Source: a virus
Lineage: Duplodnaviria > Heunggongvirae > Uroviricota > Caudoviricetes
Length of the DNA stretch: 33,362 nt
IMG/VR virus record: IMGVR_UViG_3300025018_000115
Coordinates: 1 to 33,362 of that record
Strand: one strand, 5' to 3'
Below are positions 7,712 to 14,963 of this stretch, one piece after another. Made by a program: the position numbers and the translations under genes. The notes under the pieces were generated by a model. The model was given only the letters and a program-made list of their open reading frames with translations. It did no database searches and had not been told where the DNA came from. Every line of letters begins with the position of its first letter. Position 1 is the first letter of the stretch.

Positions 7712-9112
7712 CTATGCTATTTTGATGTCTTTGTATCTTTCACTGTTTATTACATCTTCTACTACCTCTTCTGGAGTTTTGTTTTCTACAGCAATTTTGA
7801 ATGTTGAAGGTGAAAATCCTGATACTAAGGTAACTCCCTTTTCTGTTGCTGTTGTTGGTATGTTTGTGTTTCTTGCGTCTACATTCCAGAATACCACATT
7901 AGGAATTTTATAACCAGCTTCTTTGTACTGGTCTTGAATTAATTCGTAGGAAGTTCTTGTCGGTGAGGCTTGATCGAATTGCATATCAGAGATTATGTAG
8001 ATTGTCTCTGGCATATCTTTTTCTGATACTTTGTTTTGAACTGCTGTGTTTAGTAAGACTGTGAATATTTTGTTTAGATCTGTGTTGTATCCCCATTCTG
8101 TTTTTTCAATCATTTTTATCTTTTCTTCTAGTGTTTCTCCTTTTATTTCTTGTATTTCTGGTGTTTCTGAGAATGTAATGAAGTGATTATGGAATGCGCC
8201 TTGATTTCTTTCTGCGAAGTATAATGCTAGTGAAACTGATACAGACATTGGTCGTCCTTGCATTGAACCTGAAACGTCAGCTACAACGATTCCATTTTTA
8301 CCTCTTGTGTAATCTGGTAGGTTTTTCCATAATTCATCTGAACCTGTTTCTGATGCTCTTTCGTATATTTGGTGTGGGAAAAGAGTTCTTGTGTTTATCT
8401 TTTCTTCTCCTTTATTGACAGATTCTAGATATGTTGTGTATCTATTTTCATCATTCCTAAAGAAAGCTTTCTTGTATTTTAGTGATGCTTGAGATGGCAC
8501 TTTGCTGTATTCAATCTCGTTGAATTCTTTTCTTGACATCTTTTGTTCCACTAATTTAATCTTTTTTCTTAGTTGTGAAAGAGTTTTTCTGTATTCTCTT
8601 GGACTTGCGCCTAATGCTTTCATTATTTCTCTTGCTTTCGCTTTAGTTTCTTTTGATGAAGCATTTTCTGATGGTAACCACTTTGCGAGTAGAGATGGAG
8701 TCTCTGATTTGAAATCTTGGATTAGCTGTTCTTTGATGATTGGCGCTATTGTATCTATTTCGAATGATAGAAGATCATCGTATCTCCCGTATTCTGGGGT
8801 GTATTTTGCTATGGTATTAGCTATTTCTGGCTTATTTTCTCTTAAATAAGAAATACAATTTCTGAAGAGAGTTCTTTCTCCTTGTCCGCCTCGTATATCT
8901 CGGAGGTAAAAAAGGATTTTAATAGCTTTTTCTGGGTTTTCTATTAGGGCTTTAGAGAATAGTTCTATTCCTATTTCTGGGTTATCTCTTGTTGCTCCTG
9001 CTAGTGCAAAGAAGTCTACTATTGATTTTCCTGAGTGCGTAAGAGTTTGAGCTCCATTCTCTGTCTCTGTACGATTCATTGTACCTTTTAGTTTGTTTAT
9101 TAATTTATTCAT
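7712..9112 (-). CDS. DUF2828-family protein (helical N-terminal domain + C-terminal vWA/MIDAS domain; TROVE/Ro60-like architecture)
   Basis: YLRDIRGGQGER, EYGRYDDL, LAKWLPSE, YSKVPSQA, VADVSGSM (MIDAS DxSxS), ISDMQFD, VFWNV, LVSGFSPS; start placed at ATG 9112, overlapping the upstream stop. Confidence 0.88.
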   Translation of the reverse strand: MNKLINKLKGTMNRTETENGAQTLTHSGKSIVDFFALAGATRDNPEIGIELFSKALIENPEKAIKILFYLRDIRGGQGERTLFRNCISYLRENKPEIANTIAKYTPEYGRYDDLLSFEIDTIAPIIKEQLIQDFKSETPSLLAKWLPSENASSKETKAKAREIMKALGASPREYRKTLSQLRKKIKLVEQKMSRKEFNEIEYSKVPSQASLKYKKAFFRNDENRYTTYLESVNKGEEKINTRTLFPHQIYERASETGSDELWKNLPDYTRGKNGIVVADVSGSMQGRPMSVSVSLALYFAERNQGAFHNHFITFSETPEIQEIKGETLEEKIKMIEKTEWGYNTDLNKIFTVLLNTAVQNKVSEKDMPETIYIISDMQFDQASPTRTSYELIQDQYKEAGYKIPNVVFWNVDARNTNIPTTATEKGVTLVSGFSPSTFKIAVENKTPEEVVEDVINSERYKDIKIA

Positions 9113-9377
9113 GTTTTTGGTTACGACATTTTTTACATGTCTTATAATTTTCATCTTCTTTCTTCCGTCCACATCGTGAACATCTGTCTTGTTGCAGTCT
9201 AATCTTGGCTTGATAATTTCTTGATAGGTTTATGCATTTTTCGCATCTTGTTCGACCTTTTTGTATTGGGTTTCTTATGCAATTTCTGCATACACCTAGA
9301 GAATTAGCAAAATCTTTGATTTCTTTAATTTTCTTTTTCACTTTATTGATTTTCTCTATTTTGTAATTCTCGTACAA
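9105..9377 (-). CDS. small protein with two tandem CxxC...CxxC Zn fingers
   Basis: CRNC..RCEKC and CSRC..TCKKC; start uncertain (TTG 9377 or GTG 9341). Confidence 0.7.
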   Translation of the reverse strand: MYENYKIEKINKVKKKIKEIKDFANSLGVCRNCIRNPIQKGRTRCEKCINLSRNYQAKIRLQQDRCSRCGRKKEDENYKTCKKCRNQKHE

Positions 9378-9486
9378 TTTCTTCGAAGTCTTGCAATGAA
9401 TGTATTGTGTTTGAGCGATCCCATTCTTCTACTATGGTATCATATTCTTCTTGCAATTCTTCGTTTGTCATTTTTGTGTAGTCCAT
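9343..9486 (-). CDS. acidic micro-protein (47 aa, MDYTKMTNEELQEEY...)
   Basis: translated by hand; fills the gap; ATG 2 nt after the upstream stop. Confidence 0.65.
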   Translation of the reverse strand: MDYTKMTNEELQEEYDTIVEEWDRSNTIHSLQDFEEIVRELQNRENQ

Positions 9487-9488
9487 AT

Positions 9489-9623
9489 TTAAGATAGGAT
9501 TAGATATAATACTAGTCCAGATGTTACAAATAAAGTTTTTGAGCTTATTGCGGGGTAGTTTTCTGTGGCTAGTGTTATGAATGCTGCTATGGCTATTAAT
9601 GCTAATAATGTTTCTGTTTTCAT
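9489..9623 (-). CDS. small membrane protein (44 aa, two hydrophobic segments)
   Basis: translated by hand: MKTETLLALIAIAAFITLAT...LFVTSGLVLYLILS. Confidence 0.65.
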   Translation of the reverse strand: MKTETLLALIAIAAFITLATENYPAISSKTLFVTSGLVLYLILS

Positions 9624-9624
9624 A

Positions 9625-9798
9625 TTATTCATTGATTAATTTTAGACCCAGAATCATTATAGGGATGGCTATTAACATAAATATCATTACTTTCATCTGC
9701 AATATAAGCCCTTCTGTTCCGTATTCTTGATAATTTGCCATACTAATAAGTGTAATAAATGGTGATATAAATAGGAGTATTCCGGCTATTTGTTTCAT
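9625..9798 (-). CDS. small membrane protein (57 aa, two hydrophobic segments)
   Basis: translated by hand: MKQIAGILLFISPFITLISMA...VMIFMLIAIPIMILGLKLINE. Confidence 0.65.
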   Translation of the reverse strand: MKQIAGILLFISPFITLISMANYQEYGTEGLILQMKVMIFMLIAIPIMILGLKLINE

Positions 9799-9814
9799 GT
9801 TATTTAATTGTTAA

Positions 9815-10021
9815 TTATAGATCTTCCCACTCGGTTGATTCTTCTCCATCTTCTGATTGTGCCATTATTTGGGCATCAGTTCCTATATCGTCTGAATCTA
9901 GTACGAATTCTTCGTTGTTGTATTTTTCTCTTGCTATATCGATTGCCTCGTCTATGTTTTCTGCCTCTACTGGGAAGGTTTTACATAGGGGTTGCTCGAT
10001 TGATATGTTGTATATCTTCAT
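9815..10021 (-). CDS. DpnD/PcfM-like small protein
   Basis: I.Q.L.KTFPVEAENIDEAIDIAREKYNNEEFVLDSDD pattern. Confidence 0.65.
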   Translation of the reverse strand: MKIYNISIEQPLCKTFPVEAENIDEAIDIAREKYNNEEFVLDSDDIGTDAQIMAQSEDGEESTEWEDL

Positions 10022-10027
10022 GTTTTT

Positions 10028-10255
10028 TTAATTTGTTATAGTTTTGTTGATAATGACTTCGTCTTCTTTTCTTGATTTTAGATTCAAGCTGATGCTTTCT
10101 CCGTAGCATTTGAAGTTTCCTTGCTCGTCACGCGTAACGAATCCTGCTCCGACTGGTTTACCGAATAGGCTATCTCCAATTTTTCGGTGTTCTGTGAGTG
10201 TTGTGAAGATCGCGAAGTCATTTTCGTCAGTCACAACGTATTTTAAGTTATTCAT
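10028..10255 (-). CDS. phage hypothetical protein (75 aa)
   Basis: GAGFV...KCYGESISLNLKSR; start moved to ATG 10255, directly after the upstream stop. Confidence 0.7.
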   Translation of the reverse strand: MNNLKYVVTDENDFAIFTTLTEHRKIGDSLFGKPVGAGFVTRDEQGNFKCYGESISLNLKSRKEDEVIINKTITN

Positions 10256-10256
10256 T

Positions 10257-10358
10257 TTATTCTTTTTTTTTCCATTTATCTGATAATGCAAACGGGAGTA
10301 ATAAAAGAAAAAAGAACATTCCTAGTCCTAATAAGAACCAAAACTCTGGTGTAGGCAT
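10257..10358 (-). CDS. single-TM micro-protein (33 aa)
   Basis: translated by hand: MPTPEFWFLLGLGMFFFLLLLPFALSDKWKKKE. Confidence 0.6.
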   Translation of the reverse strand: MPTPEFWFLLGLGMFFFLLLLPFALSDKWKKKE

Positions 10359-10438
10359 ATTTATTATTTATTAATTTGTGCTTTTAAGCATTTTTTACAT
10401 AGGAATATTCTTCCTGTGTGTATTTCATATCTTTGTTT

Positions 10439-10627
10439 TTAATAATCTAGCAAATCTCTGTATTCTTCGTCTTCTTGTTTTTGTTTTTTAAAAATGTCAC
10501 AATTACATTCTTCGTTTCCACATTCTTCACAAATGATTTCACATTTTGGACATGAAGTTTTTGGATTATTCTTCCAGTCTGTTGCTATTCTTTTGCAGTT
10601 TTTGCACTTGTATGTTTGTGTTTTCAT
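10439..10627 (-). CDS. small Cys-rich Zn-binding protein
   Basis: CKNC, CPKC, CEEC..ECNC; start moved to ATG 10627. Confidence 0.7.
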   Translation of the reverse strand: MKTQTYKCKNCKRIATDWKNNPKTSCPKCEIICEECGNEECNCDIFKKQKQEDEEYRDLLDY

Positions 10628-10632
10628 ATTTA

Positions 10633-10908
10633 TTACCAATTACCATTAATGGTATCTGCTTCTCCAAAACAGCATGGTCCGCATAGCATATTTTCTTCTA
10701 CGAGTACGGTTTCCATTCCACAGCTTTCACATTTTCCAAATTCTTTGCTATCTTCATAGAAGGCGGTGGCTTTGTCTATTATTTTCATGTCTTGTTTCAT
10801 TAGCGCCATTGATTTGGGATTATCTATATAATATCCTTTTTGAGATCGTTTTAGCGCTTTATTGAGTTTCTTTAATTCTTCTTTGTTCATATTGTTTATT
10901 GTTGCCAC
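10633..10908 (-). CDS. small protein with a C-terminal Zn ribbon
   Basis: CESC...LCGPCC. Confidence 0.7.
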   Translation of the reverse strand: MATINNMNKEELKKLNKALKRSQKGYYIDNPKSMALMKQDMKIIDKATAFYEDSKEFGKCESCGMETVLVEENMLCGPCCFGEADTINGNW

Positions 10909-11036
10909 AGATTATGTCTTATACAGAAGTATACTTTTTGAAAGTTACCAACCTTTGTTTTGCTGATGCGTGCTGGGCTTTCACTGCATTTATCACATGC
11001 ATATTCTTTTTTATATGGTTTGTATTTTCTTTTCAT
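10896..11036 (-). CDS. Zn-ribbon micro-protein (46 aa)
   Basis: translated by hand: CDKC...YFCIRH; overlaps the next start. Confidence 0.6.
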   Translation of the reverse strand: MKRKYKPYKKEYACDKCSESPARISKTKVGNFQKVYFCIRHNLWQQ

Positions 11037-11056
11037 ATTGTTTTATTTATTAATTT

Positions 11057-11189
11057 GGTGCTCAGAACGGGAAGCGTTATATAATTTCAATACCTCTCAA
11101 TTGCAGTGAGGATATGCCCTTGCTATGAAATTCTGATATATAGTCAGCCGCTTCCCGCTCTATTCGCCATGACGCGAAACGTCAGCCCC
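11057..11189 (-). ncRNA. candidate ~130-nt multibranch structured RNA / leader
   Basis: 13-bp stem 11064-11076/11149-11161 (with a G.U on the minus strand), inner stems AAUUUCA/UGAAAUU, CUGA/UCAG, CUCA/UGAG, and an upstream UGACG/CGUCA hairpin. Confidence 0.5.
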
Positions 11190-11203
11190 ATTACCTTTGG
11201 CAG

Positions 11204-11255
11204 AAAAAAAGCAGTTATATATAGTTTTTAATGAATATAATGAATATAACTGCTT
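11204..11255 (-). terminator. probable intrinsic terminator
   Basis: perfect 12-bp IR aagcagttatat (11209-11220) / atataactgctt (11244-11255) ending in a 7-U run on the minus strand, just after the stop at 11260; loop is unusually long (23 nt). Confidence 0.55.
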
Positions 11256-11259
11256 ATCT

Positions 11260-11418
11260 CTACGCTACTTGTGTATCGCTTTCTAGTAAGGCGAATACTT
11301 TTTCTATTGCAATGCTTTTTGTTTTTCCTACTGTGTAATACCAGAACACTTTTCTTGCTGTACGAACTCGAGCTGTAAGAAAGCTATTTCCACCTATCGA
11401 TTGAAATTTGATGTCCAT
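11260..11418 (-). CDS. micro-protein (52 aa)
   Basis: translated by hand: MDIKFQSIGGNSFLTARVR... Confidence 0.55.
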   Translation of the reverse strand: MDIKFQSIGGNSFLTARVRTARKVFWYYTVGKTKSIAIEKVFALLESDTQVA

Positions 11419-11525
11419 ATCTTTTTTGAGATTATAACTAATAAGATTGCTAATACTGCTATTTCTATTGTTAGGCTATTTAAGAATAAACCTATCGCTA
11501 ATGCTAGTGGTAGAAGTAATACCAT
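11394..11525 (-). CDS. hydrophobic micro-protein (43 aa)
   Basis: translated by hand: MVLLLPLALAIGLFLNSLTIEIAVLAILLVIISKK... Confidence 0.5.
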   Translation of the reverse strand: MVLLLPLALAIGLFLNSLTIEIAVLAILLVIISKKIWTSNFNR

Positions 11526-11526
11526 A

Positions 11527-11652
11527 TTACTTTTTCTCTGCTATCTTTGCTAGTAGTACTTCTAGTGGTTGGTATTTTTCTTTCTTGACCTCTTTCTTAT
11601 AATTGGTAACTGCTAATACAAATGATTTTTCATCTTTTATTGCTACTGGCAT
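11527..11652 (-). CDS. micro-protein (41 aa)
   Basis: translated by hand: MPVAIKDEKSFVLAVTNYKKEVKKEK...; stop abuts the next ATG. Confidence 0.55.
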   Translation of the reverse strand: MPVAIKDEKSFVLAVTNYKKEVKKEKYQPLEVLLAKIAEKK

Positions 11653-12320
11653 ATTGTTATTTATTATTATTAAGGTCTAAAAGCTGGGCTATTTGACAGA
11701 TACAACTGATATCTAATGACTATTCTAGTGTCTGGTGATATGTCTATATCTATCAAATAACCCGTCTTTTATGACGGGGTATTGACAACTTTTGTTTTGC
11801 GTTATCAAGCAAGTATCTTCTATTAAAGAAGGATTGTGTAAAGTTTATACGATTTACAGCGCTTAATCGAGATTAACTCGAGAGATTTGAACTTTTATTT
11901 AATTGTGTATTTAGTTATCAGGGAGGAAAAAGATTTAATAAAGTCTCTGGATTTGCTAATAGGATAAAACCTAATGCGGGTAAAGAAACTTTTAGTACTA
12001 TACATAACTTTACTATGTATATGTAGAAGTAAATACTTTTAGTACGTATTGTATAAAGGTTAAGCTATAAAGCTTTGTTGTTTACGATACGTATATTAGC
12101 TAACACTGTATGAGAGGAATGGCTACCAAGCAAGGATTGTAATGGCTGTGCGTATCCGAGCAGAAAAGCTCCCAATTGGTCTTTTAAATGACGGCGTTGC
12201 GATGATTACATGTTGTGCTGGCTTTGTTGCCCTCGTTACGATAGATGAACTATGTGTAGCGGTAATGATTACAATTACGCGGTATGTAATTCATAGATTA
12301 GCTCTCGGTGTTTGTGGGGC

Positions 12321-13300
12321 GCGTTACGCGTAACGCTAGGCTTACAGTTTGTGTAGGAATGGCTATTTTGTAGCTATGGCTATACTGCTGACTCGCTTTG
12401 CGTTACGCGTTGCGTGTTGCTCTGGCTTAATGCATTGATTACACGTGTGTCGTGCATGGCGCACGTTGTACATTGCACGTGTAGGTGCTTGAGCTGACGC
12501 GTGACGCGGATAAATCCACATTCGCTTCTAAACCCTCCTCTACCCTCTACGTAGTTTCGCTCTACGCTGTGGCTACAGAAGAGTTGTTAGTTTGTACATT
12601 CTCAAACAGGGATGCGTCGAACTCAAGATTGACTTCTTCACCTGAGTTACACTCGATAGCGTCTGCCTCTTTCATAATGTAGGTTGTTCCACCAGTTTCG
12701 GTGTTGTACTTCGAATATAGGTCTGCGTTAGCGAAATGGAATACACGTACTCCATTGCCAGCTTTGTCAGACAAGGTATCGAAGATAACCTTAGGCTTAA
12801 TAACACGAAGCATGTCGAAGATTCCTCGAGCTATTCGTACTTTTACGTATCCGTCGATAGGATCACTAATGATCCCTGTTACTACCAACTTAATATCTGA
12901 TTTCATAATGAATATAATTACTTAATGAATATACTACTGTCACCACTACTATCTAAACGTTCAAATATTGCAATGTGTTCAACGAAGCACACATAGTCGA
13001 CTCAATACTCATAAAAATAGTTGAACGTTTTACCACGGGGCGTACAGAGCGTTACGCGAGGCGCGAGGGGACACAGAGCGTACAATGGCGCCACGCGTAA
13101 CGTAGCAACGCGCAGCGTTGATACGGGGGTACGGGGGGTTGTCGATTTGACTCCCTGAGAAAAAGTTCAGGGTAGGGGGATACGTTACCATCCGTGTCTC
13201 CGAAAGATTCTGTACTTTTCCGGCGCCAAAACTCGTTTACACGCTGCTCTGCCTCAAACCTCACGCCCAAACCCCTAAACATATAGCGCGTAACGCGTTA
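12321..13300. repeat. dispersed GCGTTACGCG / CGCGTAACG motif cluster
   Basis: perfect 16-bp palindrome gcgttacgcgtaacgc (12321-12336); further copies at 12400-12410, 13049-13058, 13093-13102 and 13287-13300. Confidence 0.7.
12562..12906 (-). CDS. hypothetical beta-rich protein (114 aa)
   Basis: ORF track; globular-looking sequence; AT-rich leader. Confidence 0.7.
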   Translation of the reverse strand: MKSDIKLVVTGIISDPIDGYVKVRIARGIFDMLRVIKPKVIFDTLSDKAGNGVRVFHFANADLYSKYNTETGGTTYIMKEADAIECNSGEEVNLEFDASLFENVQTNNSSVATA

Positions 13301-13507
13301 AGGGTGGTTTGGAAGTGTTTTGCGTTTGAAAAAACGACCCGCCAAAAAAATTCGCGCAATTTTTGGGAAAACGGGTACAAAAAACTAAAATGTTTCACAA
13401 AAAAAACATAACATATTAGGTATACGATTTTTTTAAACGGCTTAGCTGAGCCATTCGCAAATGTTGCGGCAACATTAAGTCCCACGTTTCACGGAAAAAA
13501 CGTAGCG

Positions 13508-13534
13508 AAAAACCACCCTTCAGGTGGTGGTTTT
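13508..13534 (-). terminator. intrinsic terminator (potentially bidirectional)
   Basis: aaaaccacc (13509-13517) / ggtggtttt (13526-13534), 30 nt past the 13565 stop. Confidence 0.75.
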
Positions 13535-13564
13535 AGCGTCTCGTTGCATCCCTGTTGTTAAAAA

Positions 13565-14449
13565 TTACTTCTTTTTGTTGCGTACTTTGTATTCCTTCAG
13601 GCTGTGTGACTCGTAAGGTGGTTTGCAGTAACCTTCGTCCTTAGGAAAAGCTGATGGCGCTATGTATACAGGAGTTACGAATTTGACTCCTTTTGCTTCT
13701 AGGTTCTTGCGAGTGTCGTAATATATCGTCATTACGCTGGTGGGGTCATCTTCTCGGTCGAAATTAGCTGTGATTGCTGGCGAGTAAGTTTCATCTCCGA
13801 ATCCTGTGCCTAGAGAAGAAACGCTGTAGGTGCTGGCTGTAGTATAGGTGACACTTAAGCCATCTGCTCCTCCTGTTCCGTTGCCTCCTGAGGATCCAAA
13901 GACGTCTTTGCTCCCCCCACCTGCGCCTGAGTTCATTGCTGAGGTCACTGTGTCATATGGAATTGTGTCTTTAAAGAAATCGTGGTCGCTCTCGAATATT
14001 GGCCAGTAGCTGTTGCCGTAAGTGATCCTCGCGGTGTGTTTAGGTTTTTCGTTGAATACTGCGCATCCTATGACTCCTAGGTTGTCTGATTGGCCTATTT
14101 TTGCCCCGTAGCTGTCTTTACCATCTGTAAATAGGAATTGTGCCACACTGTCGTCTGACGTGCGCCAGCCCTTAATTTTGATTGAATCACGGGGTGGTAT
14201 GATGTATCCTTTTGAGTTATATGAACCTTCTTTACCTGATATTACAGATATACCATCCACGGTGAGAACGTATAGGGCTCTTTTGTTTGTATCGTTTCTC
14301 AATCTTATGGTGAATGGGGTGTCTTTTTTCCCCTCTATGTATCTTTGATCTTCGTGAAGGTATTCCTTGACTGGAGATCCATTTACTATGATATCCATTC
14401 GGTGGTCACCATTGTCACTGAATGTGTAGTTAATTGATTGTGTTGACAT
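13565..14449 (-). CDS. conserved hypothetical protein (294 aa) with a beta-rich N-domain and Gly/Ser/Thr-rich linker
   Basis: YIEG...FTIRLRN...VLTVDGISVISG...GYIIPP...IKGWR...LGVIGCAVFNEK pattern, which I recall from uncharacterised phage and bacterial proteins. Confidence 0.8.
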   Translation of the reverse strand: MSTQSINYTFSDNGDHRMDIIVNGSPVKEYLHEDQRYIEGKKDTPFTIRLRNDTNKRALYVLTVDGISVISGKEGSYNSKGYIIPPRDSIKIKGWRTSDDSVAQFLFTDGKDSYGAKIGQSDNLGVIGCAVFNEKPKHTARITYGNSYWPIFESDHDFFKDTIPYDTVTSAMNSGAGGGSKDVFGSSGGNGTGGADGLSVTYTTASTYSVSSLGTGFGDETYSPAITANFDREDDPTSVMTIYYDTRKNLEAKGVKFVTPVYIAPSAFPKDEGYCKPPYESHSLKEYKVRNKKK

Positions 14450-14523
14450 ATTTATTGTTGTGAAGACTTCGTGCCCCTTTGGGGACTTATTGCTTCTTAA
14501 AGGGATGTCAATGAGCTATCCAC

Positions 14524-14561
14524 AGTTTACCCCTTGCAATTTACTTGTCAAGTGATATAGT
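14524..14561. promoter_or_regulatory. overlapping divergent sigma70-type promoters
   Basis: minus strand: TTGACA (14551-14546)-N16-TAAACT (14529-14524); plus strand: TTGCAA (14534-14539)-N16-TATAGT with TGn extension; located at the coding-strand switch. Confidence 0.55.
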
Positions 14562-14599
14562 AGATATATTACTAGTTTAGTATAAAAAAATAATAATAT

Positions 14600-14923
14600 A
14601 TGAATAGAAAAAAGATAATAGAGGATTTTCAGAATCATCCCGCATCAAAGTTTGCTGCTAATGTAGAGGTGCTGCAGGCCATAAGGTCAGGAACACAGGG
14701 TTTTGACGGGGATGAGAATCAAACTGAATGGCTAGAAAAGACCTTGATTATGTTTGAGAGGGATATAATCGAAAAGAATATAATGGAATTAGAAGGCTTT
14801 GTGTCCGCCATGAAAGATCTTAATACAGGGACAAGTAGAGTCTTGGATGGAGAAAATTCTTCAGACAAAGTCATAAAAATGTTTTTGCAAGCAAAGAGAG
14901 AGGAATTGAAATTATTAAAGTAA
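14600..14923 (+). CDS. hypothetical protein (107 aa)
   Basis: ORF track; first gene of the rightward arm. Confidence 0.75.
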   Translation: MNRKKIIEDFQNHPASKFAANVEVLQAIRSGTQGFDGDENQTEWLEKTLIMFERDIIEKNIMELEGFVSAMKDLNTGTSRVLDGENSSDKVIKMFLQAKREELKLLK

Positions 14924-14963
14924 TAAAATTTTAGGAGATAGTCTTAGATAAAAATAACAATAT

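Noticed and set aside
11057-11189. tRNA or canonical bacterial Y RNA (GGCGAAUAG resembles the Rsr-binding GNCGAA motif; ends in ACCA)
   Set aside because: No cloverleaf or T-loop, and the opposite strand lacks the expected complementary pyrimidines; kept only as an unassigned structured element.
12142-12333. 63-aa plus-strand ORF and other ORFs in the CG-rich island (12485..12682, 13052..13282, 13261..13485)
   Set aside because: No recognisable motifs or leaders; they probably arise from lower stop-codon density in a GC-richer non-coding region.
13328-13410. A-tracts suggesting intrinsically bent DNA
   Set aside because: Spacing is irregular and not clearly phased at 10-11 bp.
1-14450. Many plus-strand ORFs in the ORF track (e.g. 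891..1391, 2335..2712, 4855..5427, 8502..8849)
   Set aside because: They are antisense shadows of the real minus-strand genes, with Ser/Phe/Leu-rich low-information translations.
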